From contig NC_057754.1 in assembly GCF_004010195.1 (NCBI RefSeq), positions 9,624,445 through 9,670,361 on the forward strand: a DNA stretch of 45,917 nt, given 5' to 3'. The notes beneath the pieces were generated by a model. It saw only the letters and a program-made list of their open reading frames with translations, had not been told where the DNA came from and ran no database searches. Source of the stretch: Chiloscyllium plagiosum. Taxonomy: Eukaryota. This document shows, piece after piece, positions 1 through 10,944 of this stretch. A program made the position numbers and the translations under genes. Numbering within the stretch: the stretch's first letter is position 1; each line of letters starts with the position of its first letter.

Positions 1-164
1 ATTTCCAACGCCCCTCACCCAAGTCCCTCCTCCCTACCTTTTATCTTAGCCTGCTGGACACACTTTCCTCATTCCTGAAGAAGGGCTTATGCCCGAATCG
101 TCGATTCTCCTGTTCCTTGGATGCTGCCTGACCTGCTGCGCTTTTCCAACAACACATTTTCAGC
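1..164 (+). mobile_element. Penelope-like element terminal repeat, family A, with a degenerate hammerhead motif
   Basis: CTGAAGA-A-GGGC-TTAT-GCCC-GAAT-CGTC at 75-102 (GAAA mutated to GAAT), then the tail GATTCTCCTG..GGATGCTGCCTGACCTGCTG also seen at 17969-18063 and 38403-38453. Confidence 0.75.
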
Positions 165-169
165 ATATA

Positions 170-830
170 TCCTAATCCCTCAGTATCTTCTCCAGCAGCT
201 TCCCTACCACTGACGTCAGGCTCTATAATTACCTGGATTATCCCTGCTACGCTTCTTAAACAAGTGGACAACATTAGCAATTCCCCAGTCCTCTGGGACC
301 TCCCCTGTGTTTAAGGATGCTGCAAAGATATCTGTTAAGGCCCCAACTATTTCTTCTCTTCCCTCAGTAACCTGTGATAGATCCCATCTGGACCTGGGGA
401 CTTGCCCACCTTAATGCCTTTTAGAATCCAGAACACTTCCTCCCTCCTTATGCCGACTTGACCAAGAGTTATCAAAGATCTATCCCTAACTTCAACATCC
501 GCTATGTCCCTCTCCGTGGTGAATACTGATGCAAAGTACTCATTAAGATTCTCACCCATTTTCTCTGACTCCACGCATAACTTTTCTCCTTTGTTCTTGA
601 GTGGGCCAGCCCTTTCTCCAGTTACCCTTGTTGGGCCGAAGGGCCTGTTTCCACACTGTAAGTAATCTAATCTAATCTAATCTTACCCTCTTGCCCCTTA
701 ATTATGAACAAAAGGCTTTGTGGTTTTCTTTAACTCTGCTGGCTAAGGATATCTCATGACCCCTTTCAGCCTTCTCAATTCCCGGTTTCAGATCGGTCCT
801 ACATTCCCGATATTGTTCCAAAGCTGCATC
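170..830 (-). mobile_element. CR1 LINE ORF2 fragment
   Basis: ORF 347..574 has LNEYFASVFT and KSPGPDGIYHRLLRE, typical of CR1 ORF2 upstream of RT. Confidence 0.85.
629..682 (+). mobile_element. 5'-truncated HE1 SINE tail inserted in CR1
   Basis: TGTTGGGCCGAAGGGCCTGTTTCCACACTGTAAG(TAATC)n, flanked by TTACCCT at 622-628 and 683-689. Confidence 0.85.
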
Positions 831-835
831 TGAAG

Positions 836-1248
836 CTGAGATGCTGAATAAGCTGGGGCTTTTTTCCCCAGAGAGTCAGAAGCTGAGTGGTGGGTTTGTG
901 GAAGTTTATAAAATCATGAGGGGCACAGATAGGGTGAATAGTCAAGATCTTTTTCCCCAGGGTAGAAGAGGGCATAGGTTTAGGGTGAGAGGGGAAAAAT
1001 TTAAAAGCGACCTGAGGGTCAATTTTATTCATGCAGAGGGTGATGCGTGTGTGGAATCAGCTGCCAAAGGAAGTGGTAGAGGCTGGTACAATTGCAGCAT
1101 TTAAAAGGCATCTGGATGGGTAAAAGAATAGGAAAGGGATATGGGCCAAATGCTGGCAAATGGGACTAGATTAATTTAGGGTATTTGGCCGGCATGGACA
1201 AGTTGGACTGTGGGGTACGTTTCCGTGCTGTACATCTCTGTGACTCCA
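836..1248 (+). mobile_element. CR1 LINE 3' end
   Basis: LNKLGLFS..VEVYKIMRG..RGHRFRVRG followed by the CR1 3'UTR ending CTGTACATCTCTGTGACTC. Confidence 0.9.
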
Positions 1249-1859
1249 TACATGTTTCCCATTCTTCACTAATTGAGCCATCCCACAAATCGGTACTCAC
1301 TGCTGTGCAAGTGTTGTCCTTTGTGGGATTTTCACCTCCGCCCAGAATTTCAATGCATACACAGCCTCTGTATTGTTTCAGATCTTGTTTGTGGCCCCTC
1401 CTGTGGTCTTCAAACTCACTGCTGCCACCATGTTATGGTTTCTGTGCCTTCCTTACGTAAGTCCACCAATCCACACACAGCCATGCGTGGATTTGGTGTA
1501 TTTGAAGCCACATTATAGAATGGCTCAGCAGACAGATCTACTCGAAGGATTGAGCGTCTATTATTCACAGGGAAACACAGCTGCAGGTTCTCCACACCAT
1601 GAGCTAATGATCAGGTGCTGCACGACTACCCAGTTATTTACCTAGTTGCAAATTCCCTTAAAGTGATATTACAGCTAGGACTTCAATTCGTCAACTCTCG
1701 GGGAAATCGTACGCATGACGTACAAGTTTGAAACAAAACTGTTACACTTATCACAAAGCAAAATGTTAAACTCCAATCCAGTTATCGGGATTATTCAGGT
1801 TAGAAGACACAACATTGAACTGTCAAAATGGACCTAGTTCATTCCTGTTTTTGATTAGT

Positions 1860-2155
1860 ATCATAGAATCTCTACAGTGTGGAAACAGGCTATTAGGCCC
1901 AACTAATCCTCTGAGGAGTAACCCACCCAGACCCATTCCCCTACATTAACCCCTGATTAATGTGCCGAACCTACACATCCCTGAACACTATGGGATAATT
2001 TAGCATGGCCAATTCACCTAACCTGCACATCTTTGGATTGTGTGAGGAAACTGGAGCACCCAGAGGAAACCCACACAGATACGGGGAGAACATGCAAACT
2101 CCACACAGACAATTGCCCGAGGCTGGAGTCGAACCTGGGTCCCTGGGTGCTGTGA
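1860..2155 (-). mobile_element. HE1-type V-SINE
   Basis: Reverse complement of the B-box GGTTCGACTCC, central V-domain and CR1-like tail. Confidence 0.9.
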
Positions 2156-3189
2156 GAGGGCTGAGCCTCCATGCCCCCCAGAATCCGTCACTGCAGTCCG
2201 TCATGAACTTGCTGGTGTCTTGGAAGGAGGGAGGACTGAGTGAATCGCTTCCCATGCAGTGAGCAAATGAATGGCCTCATTGTGGCCTCGTCAATGCCCA
2301 GCAGTTCGAATGAGCGAATGAATACTTTTCCACACTCTGAGCAGATGAATGGCCTCTCTGCAGTGTGAATCTGCTGGTCTCAGCAGGCTCAATAGCTGAG
2401 TGAATCCCTTCCCACACTCAAGGCTGACAAACAGATTCTCCACACAGTGAATTTGCTGGTGTCTCTGCAGGCTGCAATGACTGGGTGAATTGTTTCCCAC
2501 ACTTCATGCGAGGGAATGGTCTTTCATCACTGTGAACCCTCTGGTGTCTCTGCAGGCTGCAATAACTGAGTGAATCCCTTCCCACAAATGGAGCAGGAGA
2601 ATGGTCTCTAGCTAGATTGAACATGTTGATTCTCACTGGATCCCTTGCGCTTTTATCACAGTCAAAACATCTGAAACGTTTCCTGTCAGTGTGGACAAGT
2701 TGGTGTGAAGTGAGATGAGATATCCCTTCCCAAATACAGCATAGATAAACGGTCTCTGCCCAGTTTGGACTCGCTGGTGTTCAGTGAGATGAGATATCCA
2801 TGTGAATCCCTTCCCATATTTTCAGCAGGTAAATGGTCTCTCCCCCTGTGTGAACTTGCTGATGTATCTGTAGGCTGGATGATAGAGCGAGTCCCTGCCC
2901 ACGCACAGAGGAAGTGAACGACCTCTGCCTAGTGTGATTGTGTTTCGAGTACAGGAGGGGATCTGAATCACTTTCCCCAATCCCCATATTTCCACAGTTT
3001 CTCCATGGTAAGTGTCCTTGTGTCTCTCTCTGGGTTAAATGATCAGTTGAGGCCTCATTATATGTGCATAGAACATGTGAATAGTTTCTCCTAACTGTGA
3101 ATGGTGTGACACTTTGTCAGGCTCTGTTAAAGCCTTTCCAAAGTCAGTGCACTGAAAACCTTATCCTAATCTTACCATCATTAGGGTGA

Positions 3190-3840
3190 AACGGTAGGCT
3201 CAGTGGTTAGCACTGCTGCCTCACAGCACCAGGGACCTGGGTTCGATTCCTGCCTTGTGCGACTGTCTGTGTGAAGTTTGCATGATCCCCCCTGTCAGCG
3301 TGGGTTTCCTTTGGGTGGTCTGGTTTCCTCCCACAATCCAAAGATTAGATTAGATTCTCTAAAGTGTAAAAACAGGCCCTTCGGCCCAACAAGTCCACAC
3401 CGCCTCTCCGAAGAAAAACCCACCCAAATCGATTCTCCTACCCCATATTTACCCCTGACCAACACACCTAACACTGTGGGAAATTTAGCATGGCCAATTC
3501 ACCTGACCTGCATATCTTTGGATTGTGGGAGGAAACCGGAGCACCCAGAGAAAACCGACACAGACACGGGGAGAATGTGCAAACTCCACACAGACAGATG
3601 GGAATCAAACCCAGGACCCTGGTGCTGTGAGGCAGCAGTGCTAACCACTGAGCCACCGTGTCGCCCACAGACATGTAGCTTAGGTGAATTGGCCATGATA
3701 AATTGCTCATAGTGTTAGGTGCATTAGTCAGGGGTAAGTATAGGGTAGGGGGATTGGGTCTGGGTGGGTTACTCTTCAGAGGGTGAGTGTGGACTTGTTG
3801 GGCCGAAGGGCGTGTTTCCATACTGTAGGGAATCTAGTCT
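3190..3840 (+). mobile_element. HE1 SINE (host), split by a second HE1
   Basis: tRNA-like head GGCTCAGTGGTTAG..GGTTCGATTCC from 3190 to 3344; 3' half resumes at ~3670. Confidence 0.9.
3345..3668 (-). mobile_element. HE1 SINE nested in the opposite orientation
   Basis: (TAGAT)n tail at 3345 and head ending CCACCGTGTCGCCCA at 3668. Confidence 0.9.
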
Positions 3841-4403
3841 CACAATGCTTTATCAGTCACACTGAAATGTTCTTCCACGGAAGATGAGACAAATGTTTTC
3901 CCTCACTTTCAAGCTGGTGTCGTTCAGGTCCTGGTGAAATGAGTGACATTGTCAGGTCTTGATGTGGTTGGAATGCCTGTTTGCAAATCCTTTCTCTCTG
4001 ATATCCTGTGAAATGATTTTCAAAAAGTTATCACTGTGAATACAGGATAGAAATCCAGAATTCCCAGTTTCTGTGGAACACTTTCTTGCTCCCCAAAGAT
4101 GTAAATCCCAATACCACACACAGACTTTCCTCCCTGGGCTGAAATCCAACTCCATCTCCAACATTTCTTTCCAATACTCTCAGTTTCCAAGCTCCCTCCT
4201 TGTCCTCTGGATGCCTTCAGTTCTCCAGCTCCTGTCCGTATACCGAGAAACAAAACAATAATTTTCCCTCTCTGTTATAGCCATCCGAAGTCTCACCCAA
4301 TCCACGTTCTGACCCGACAAATTTTCGGATTCATCCAGCTCAATTTTACTGTCTGTCTTTGTGATTTTCCCTCCATTTTCCTGTTTTAAATTTGCTTCAC
4401 CAG

Positions 4404-4552
4404 GAAAAAAGGGGAGAATTTGCAGGTGGGAAGCTCAAAGCAAACATCAGCAATCGACAAAGACATTCGATTGATTAGGATCTGAATATCATCAGCTTTC
4501 AGACATGGAACTGAAAAAGCACTATTAGCAGTGGAGAGAGACTATACGTGTG
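4404..4552 (+). pseudogene. Truncated start of a C2H2 zinc-finger exon
   Basis: Pyrimidine tract plus CACCAG|G acceptor; leader homologous to 38238-38380; reads ..GSEYHQLSDME..KSTISSGERLYV and breaks off at the first finger. Confidence 0.65.
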
Positions 4553-4589
4553 AAATGCAGCTAACATGTCCTATTAAAACGCAAATAAG

Positions 4590-5915
4590 TCAATCAGCAC
4601 AAAACAGGCCCTTTGGCCCAACTTGTTCACGTTGACTTGAGTTTCCCAAACTGAACTGGTCCCATTGGTCTGTACTTGGTCCATTACCCTCTAAACGTTT
4701 CCTATCCATGAACCTCATGATTTTATAAGCCTCTATAAAGTCACCCCTCAGCCTCCAACATTCCAGGGAAAAATGTCCCAGCCGATCCATAGAACTCAAA
4801 CCCTTTAATCCCTAAAACCTTTTTACACTCTTTCCGGTTTAATAGCATCCTACCTACAGCAGGGAGACCAGAATTGTATGCCGTACTCCAAATGTGGCCT
4901 TACCAATGTACTGCTGTAACATGATGCCCTAACTCCTGCACAGAGAAACCTCAATTATCCGGCATTCAATTATCCAAATATCGGATTATCCGGACAGATT
5001 GCAAAGTCCTGATGTTTGGCTAAACTATGTTATCCAGTATTCGATTATCTGGAATTCAATTAACTGTATGAAATACTCCCTGCCTGTGTCCTTCGGATAA
5101 TTGAGGTTCCTCTGTACTCAGTGCTCTGACCGATGAAGGCAAGTTTGCCAAACACCTTCCCAAGCCCATCCACCTGTGACGCCACTTTCAAGGAACTATG
5201 TACCTGTACTCCTAGGTCTCTCTGTTCAACAGAACTCCCCAATGCCCTACATTAACTGTATAAGTCCTGCCTGGACTTATCTTTCCAAAATGCAAAATCT
5301 CACATTTATCTAAATTAAACTCTATCTGCCACTTCTCGGCTCAGTGTTCCATTTGATCAGGGTCCTGTTACACTCTGAGATAACCTTCTTTACCATCCAT
5401 TAGACAATCAATTTTGGTGTCATCTCACCAACCACATCTCCTATGTTCACATCTAAGCCATTTATATAAATGATGAAAAGGACCCAGCACCAATTCTTGC
5501 AGCACCTCACTGGTCACAGATCTCCAGTCTGAAAAACAATACTCTGTCTCCTATCTGCAAGCCAACTTTGTATCCAATTGACCAGTACCCCCGGATTCCA
5601 TGCAATCTAAGCTCGCTAATCAGTTTAACATACGGAATCTCGTTGAACCCCTTGCTGAAGTCAATATAGACAACGACCACCACTCTGCCTTCTTCAGTCT
5701 AGTTACTTCTTCAAAAAACTCAATCAAATTAATGAGTCATGATTTCTCACACACAAAATCATGTTGTGTATCACTAATCAGTCCTTGTCTTTCCAAATGC
5801 ATGGAAATCCTGTCCCTCAGGATTCCCTCCAACAACTTACCAATCCCTGGCTTTTCCTTACCACCTTTCTTAAATAATGGCACCACATTAGCCAACCTCC
5901 AGTCTTCTGGCGCCC
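4590..5915 (-). mobile_element. CR1 LINE RT region and 3' end, internally deleted
   Basis: RLRGDFIEAYKIMR, EQRDLGVQVHSSLKV and RT segments on the minus strand; CR1 tail at ~4590. Confidence 0.9.
4941..5114. mobile_element. 174-bp MITE, Tc1/mariner-pogo/Tigger-like
   Basis: 21-bp TIRs CAGAGAAACCTCAATTATCCG / CGGATAATTGAGGTTCCTCTG (1 mismatch); TA on the right, CA on the left; internal ATTATCC repeats; CR1 host rejoins across it. Confidence 0.85.
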
Positions 5916-5929
5916 CAGCCAGGGCTAAT

Positions 5930-6810
5930 GATATTCGGAGAGTTCCAGGGTTTCATCATTCCTACATTTCACCCTAAAGGGAGCATGTTGGGCCGGAACT
6001 CTCCCCACTACCTTTTTTGATGCCTCCCACTTTTCTGCTGTAGATTTACCCTTAAGTAGCTGTTCCCAATCCATTTTGGCCACATCTTGCCATATTTTAA
6101 TAAAGTCTGCCCGATCCCAATCCAAAATTCTTTTTGGCAGACGATCTGTTTTCCTTTTCAGTAACAAACAAATGGTCTTGTGGTCATGAATTAGGTCCAG
6201 CACTGCACCATCACTTGCTGGATCCTCTACATGTTGATATAAAAACCTCTTCTGGTTATTTATTAAGAAATTTGCCACCTTTAAACTCTGCTATGATTAT
6301 TCCAATTAATATTGGGGTAGTTGGTATCCCGTAATATAGTTACCCTCTAATTTTAAATGCCTTTGTGAATTCTACATACCTGCTCCTCAATTGCCTGCTG
6401 TTTGGGAGTTTATAACACATTCCTAACAGTTTGGCTGCCACCTTTTGTTTCTGAGTTGTACCCACAAAGTCTTATTTGACAACCCTTCCAAGATATCTTC
6501 CATCCTTATTGCAGTAGCTGACTCCCTAACTAACAATGCGCTACCATTTCCAATTCTGCACGCTCCCTTCTCCTGCCTGAAGATTTGATACCCAGAATGC
6601 TGAGTTACCAGTCTTGTCCCTCTCTCAACATCTCTGTGATGGCAACAACATCACAATTCAATGTGTCAATCCACACCTTAACTCACCTGTCTTACGTCAT
6701 AGTCCTGGATTTAAGTAGAAGCTATCCCTTACTCTATTTATTTCTGTATTTTCTAGTAAGTGACACCGGGAGTAATCTTGAGAATACAACTTTCGAGGTC
6801 CTGCTTCTTA
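5930..6810 (-). mobile_element. Older CR1 fragment: ORF1 end and endonuclease region
   Basis: GAVLDLI..ILDWDRADFIKIWQD in ORF 5925..6278; LRSRTSKVVFSRLLPV (CR1 ORF1 esterase-like) at ~6760-6810. Confidence 0.7.
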
Positions 6811-7089
6811 AGAATCATGGAATTTTACAGGACAGAAATACATTTGATCCATTGTCTCTAAACAGCTCCTGAAAGAACTCGTCCCATTCTCCAGCCCTAA
6901 CTCTGTTGCCCTCTAAATACAGTTTCAAATCCAACTCTCTTTAGAAAACGCCTATGGAATCCACCTCCACCATTCTCCCAGGCAGCACATGCCAAATCCT
7001 AACAACTCTTCAAATAAAGAAGTTTCTCCTCATCTCACTCATAGCTCTCTTGCTGACCATCTTGAAATTGTGACCCCCCCCCCTAGTTT

Positions 7090-7240
7090 TTGGGGTCAAG
7101 AGTGTGGTGCTGGAAAAGCACAGCAGGTCAGGCAGCATCCGAGGAGCAGGAGAATCATAAGCCCTTCATCGGGATTCTCCTCGGGATTTCCAGCACTATA
7201 ATCTCGTCTGTGATCTCCTGCATCTGCATTCCTCACTTAC
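7090..7240. mobile_element. Penelope-like family A fold-back remnant
   Basis: Minus arm GTGTGGTGCTGGAAAAGCACAGCAGG..GCCCTTCATC, then plus arm TTTCCAGCAC..CATCTGCATTCCTCACTT. Confidence 0.65.
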
Positions 7241-7321
7241 CCCTTTTTTTTGGCATACCGACTAGTGGAAACTTCTTAACCATGTCACTATTGTCTGGCC
7301 TGAACTCTTGGTGCAAGACTT

Positions 7322-7637
7322 CATGGTGGCTCAGTGGTTAGCTGCTGCGTCACAGCAACAGGGTCCCAGGTTCAATTCTGGCCTCGGGCGAATGTCTGTA
7401 TTGAGTTTGCGCATCCTCCCCGTGTCTGCGTGGGTTTCCTCCGGGTGCTCTGGCTTCCTCCCACAATCCAAAGATGTGCAGGGTGCAGGTTAGGTGAATT
7501 GGCCATGCTAAATTGCCCATAGTGTTAGATGCATTAGTCAGAGGGAAGTGGGACTGGGTGGGTTACTCTTCGGAGGGTCGGTGTGGACTTGTTGGGCCGA
7601 AGGGCCTGTTTCCACACTGTAGGGAATCTAATCTAAT
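7322..7637 (+). mobile_element. HE1 SINE
   Basis: Head, V-domain and tail ending GGGAATCTAATCTAATC. Confidence 0.9.
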
Positions 7638-7763
7638 CATCCTTCTTACCCATTTGAATGTTGCAAGACCCACTGAGTTTCTCCAGCAATTTCTGCTTTT
7701 GTTTGAAGGTCAACTCTGGAGTCACACGTAGGCAGACCAGATAAGAGCAGCAAGCTTCTTTGG

Positions 7764-7890
7764 CTTAAGGCGATAGTGAGGACTGCAGATGCTGGAGGTT
7801 AGGATCGAGAGTGTGGGGTGCTGGAAAAGGCAGTAGGTCAGGAAGGAGCAGGAGAGTCGACGTTTTGGGCAAAAGCCCTTCATCAGGAAT
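7764..7890 (-). mobile_element. Penelope-like family A terminal repeat, inserted in an older SINE-like repeat (~7710-7952)
   Basis: Reverse strand reads TTC-CTGATGA-A-GGGC-TTTT-GCCC-AAAA-CGTC-GA followed by the family A tail. Confidence 0.75.
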
Positions 7891-8269
7891 TTGCTAAAGG
7901 GCATTCTTAACCAAGAAGGGGTTTAAATCAACAGTAATTTCATGGCCACCATAAAGGGCATGAACTTTTATCCACGGGACTAGTTCTTTCGGGAGCTGGT
8001 TTAGAGACAATGGATCAAATGTATTTCTGTCCTGTAAAATTCCTTGATTCTTAAGAAGCAGGACCTCGAAAGTTGTATTCTCAAGATTACACCCGGTGCC
8101 ACTTGCTAGAAAATACAGAAATATGAGAACAGAGCAAAGCATGGTTCAAAGCATGACCTATCATTTAAGAAATTCTGTTTTGTTTTGACGAAAGCAAGCG
8201 GGCTTCATATTTATAAACATTATACCCCTCCTGCCATGTTCTAGCCCTTTCTCTTCGCCTGTTCAAATC

Positions 8270-8550
8270 CCCCGAAGCCTCCCCCTCGATTCAGTAACAC
8301 CCAGTGAGTGTTGCTCATTCCCGAACACAGGCGGCCCCTCCAGCCTCTGGATCAGACTGAATGCTCCCCTGGGGTTTCGTGAAGATTCTGCTTCTCCCGC
8401 CCGCTAATGGCCCCAGGAGGCAACTCCATCCAATTGTACCACCAGGGGTCAGGCACCATCCAGCACTGCGTATGCTCTACTCCGTGGCTGCAGTGCTCAC
8501 ACTCCAATCAGAGACCGCCCTGTGTATTCGTGGGCGGAAGCTTCTGTCCT
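8270..8550. promoter_or_regulatory. Possible decayed CpG-island promoter
   Basis: GC-rich and not matching the repeats recognised here; NRF1-like TGCGTATGCT 8467-8476, CCAAT 8504-8508, ACCGCCC to 8520, ETS/GC-like GGGCGGAAG 8532-8540. Confidence 0.45.
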
Positions 8551-8649
8551 GGAGTTGAGGGGGGATGCTGCCCCTCAGTGGAATTAAAATTATGCTTTAT
8601 CATTCGATCTCGTTTGGAGCAATGATACAAAGGCATCCATTGCCAGACC

Positions 8650-9520
8650 AGTCAAAGTAACCCTGAAAAGTGTGAGGTGATGCATTTTGGGAAATAACAA
8701 AGCAGGGGTTTACACATTGAATAGTAAGACCCTGAGAAGTACAGAGCATCAGAGGGACCTTGGTGTGCACAGATGTCCACAGATCCTTGAAGATAGCAGG
8801 ACAGGCAGATACATTGGTTAAGAAGGCATATGGGATACTTGCCTTTATTGCTCAAGGTATTAAACACAAGAGCACTGAGGTTATGATGGAGCTGAAGAAA
8901 GTCATTGGACAAGAAAGGTGAACACTATTTTGTCCCCATCGAATCTGCTAGACCCGCTGAGTTTCTCCAGCAATTTCTGCATTTGTTTGAGGTTATGATG
9001 GAGCTGTGTATAACATCAATTACATCGCAGCTGGATACTGTGCACAGTTTTGAGCACAATAGGTCAGATGTGATTGCACTCGAGAGGGTGCAGAAGAGAT
9101 TTGCTGGGATGTTCCCTCTGTTGGAGCGATTCAACTATGAAGAGAGATAAGATGGGTGGGGTTGTTTTCCTGAGAGCAGGGAAGGCTAATGGGGGGATCT
9201 GATTGAGGTGTATATTGCTTTGAGGGGCGTGGACAGAATAGATCGGGAGAATCTTTTCTGCTTGGTAGAGGGGGTCAATAACTAAGAGGCACAGTTTCAT
9301 GTTTAGTGGGGTCTTGAGGGGGGAAATGATCCAGAGAGTTGTGGGTACCTGATTCTGCCTACAACAGTGGTAGAGATAAGAACCCTCAAGTCACTTAAGA
9401 TGTATTGAAGTATTTAATTGAAGTGCCATAGCATGTAAGGCTATGGGTCAAGCATTGGGAAAATTATGTTAAAATAGATTGATGTTTGATGATCACATGG
9501 ATGTGATTACATGCTGGAAA
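8650..9520 (+). mobile_element. Old CR1 3' region
   Basis: KCEVMHFG and DVIALERVQKRFAGMFP motifs, degenerate 3'UTR. Confidence 0.8.
8895..8987 (+). mobile_element. Penelope-like family D mini-insertion with 19-bp TSD
   Basis: TGAGGTTATGATGGAGCTG at 8876-8894 and 8988-9006; junction reads CTGAAGAA..GAAAGGTGAAC (degenerate hammerhead) then GCTGAGTTTCTCCAGCAATTTCTG. Confidence 0.7.
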
Positions 9521-9655
9521 AAAAAATTGACTGTAAAGTACATGTGATTGGAATGAGGTCAGCCAGGTTGATCTCATAGAATATGAACTCCCTGATTGGG
9601 ACTGTTAACTGGGTCCAATCAGGGAGCCCTGGCTGACAGATAGAAACAGGGGTTC

Positions 9656-10682
9656 AAAGGAGGGAGGGCAGGTCTGAAGACCTCCTCGTGGGTCTGCTCC
9701 TGGGCCTGGCCAAACTGGCCATTAACAGGTCCAGGTAGCGGGCTGTGGAGGGGGCCGTTAGGGCCGACTGCCTGCCCCTCTTCCGCGGTTACGTTAGGGC
9801 CCGGGTGTCCTTGGAGAAGGAGCACGCGGTGTCCACCAACACCCTGGAGTTGTTCAGGGAGAGGTGGGTACCGCGGGGAGTGGAGTGCATTATTTCCCCC
9901 TCCAACTCTATTTTGATTTAGTCCCCACCCACCCCTTCACTGTTTTGATCACACAGCACTGCCCTTTGATGCGAAGGGCACTGTTTGTCACTTGTTACCC
10001 GGGTGTTTTTCTATCTTCCTGGTGGTGGAAATTGAATAAAGATTCGTGCACTTTATGTCTTTCACTGTGTCTCACACNNNNNNNNNNNNNNNNNNNNNNN
10101 NNNNNNNNNNNNNNNNNNNNNNNNNNNNNNNNNNNNNNNNNNNNNNNNNNNNNNNNNNNNNNNNNNNNNNNNNNNNNNNNNNNNNNNNNNNNNNNNNNNN
10201 NNNNNNNNNNNNNNNNNNNNNNNNNNNNNNNNNNNNNNNNNNNNNNNNNNNNNNNNNNNNNNNNNNNNNNNNNNNNNNNNNNNNNNNNNNNNNNNNNNNN
10301 NNNNNNNNNNNNNNNNNNNNNNNNNNNNNNNNNNNNNNNNNNNNNNNNNNNNNNNNNNNNNNNNNNNNNNNNNNNNNNNNNNNNNNNNNNNNNNNNNNNN
10401 NNNNNNNNNNNNNNNNNNNNNNNNNNNNNNNNNNNNNNNNNNNNNNNNNNNNNNNNNNNNNNNNNNNNNNNNNNNNNNNGCACTGCTTGTCACTGGCCAC
10501 TCGGGTGTTTCCTATCTTCCTGGTGGTGGAAACTGAATAAAGATTCGTGCACCTTGTGTCTCTCACTGTGTCTCACACCTGCACACACACAACATGGGTG
10601 CTGGGGAAAAAATAAGCACAACCGCAGTTAGGCGGTAGTGTGGGGGGTTAAAAAAAAAAGAAACTCTATGGATTAAAAAAAA
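9656..10682 (+). mobile_element. 5'-truncated Tx1-clade LINE: ORF2 C-terminus, 3'UTR, A-tails
   Basis: Reads EDLLVGLLLGLAKLAINRSR*..LFRGYVRARVSLE..LFRERW..ILI*; 14-bp TSD AGAAACAGGGGTTC at 9642-9655 and 10683-10696. Confidence 0.85.
10078..10479. other. Assembly gap
   Basis: Run of N. Confidence 1.
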
Positions 10683-10944
10683 AGAAACAGGGGTTCTGCT
10701 CACTCTAGGAGGCATCAGTGCTAGCCGAGTTAGTGTCATGTACATGTAAATAAAGTGTGACTTGGTACGGGATATCGGCCTTCGTAGAGTTATTTCAGGT
10801 TTCTCCATCACAGCTCTGTGCTGCATGTGAACAACTGCAGAACCAATATCTTCTGTTAAATATAAACTCACTGACATCTCAGCTGGTGTGGTGAATGAGT
10901 GATTTTCTCACCCTAAAGAGAAGAGTTAAACTGCTCCTTGCCCA

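Larger units (their letters stand above)
2160..4005 (-). pseudogene. C2H2 zinc-finger gene relic (finger exon), split by nested SINEs at 3190-3840
   Basis: Repeated CGKGFTQ / LQRHQRVH / ERPF motifs across several minus frames with frameshifts and stops; splice acceptor TTTCACAG|G with exon start at 4005. Confidence 0.85.
6739..8123. repeat. Local inverted duplication, arms 6739-6885 and 7976-8123
   Basis: About 147-bp arms, roughly 90% identical by eye; ORFs 6585+ and 7894- both contain NLENTTFEVLLLKN.GILQDRNTFDPLSLN. Confidence 0.9.
9543..10797 (+). mobile_element. Solo LTR of a Gypsy-like family, interrupted by a Tx1 insertion
   Basis: Homologous to the LTR at 18959-19172 (CTCATAGAATATGA..CAGGGAGCCCTGGCTGACAG..GTGACTTGGT..TTCA); has AATAAA and ends in CA. 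Confidence 0.8.

Noticed and set aside
75..102. Hammerhead motifs at 75, ~7860 and 35448 as active ribozymes
   Set aside because: Each has a core or stem I mutation (GAAT, AAAA, loss of TAGTG).
2005..2262. Recurrent short ORFs of the MANSPNLHI / CGRKPEHPE type
   Set aside because: Chance translations of HE1 SINEs.
9864..10631. Long ORFs spanning the first N run
   Set aside because: They are open only because N translates as X.
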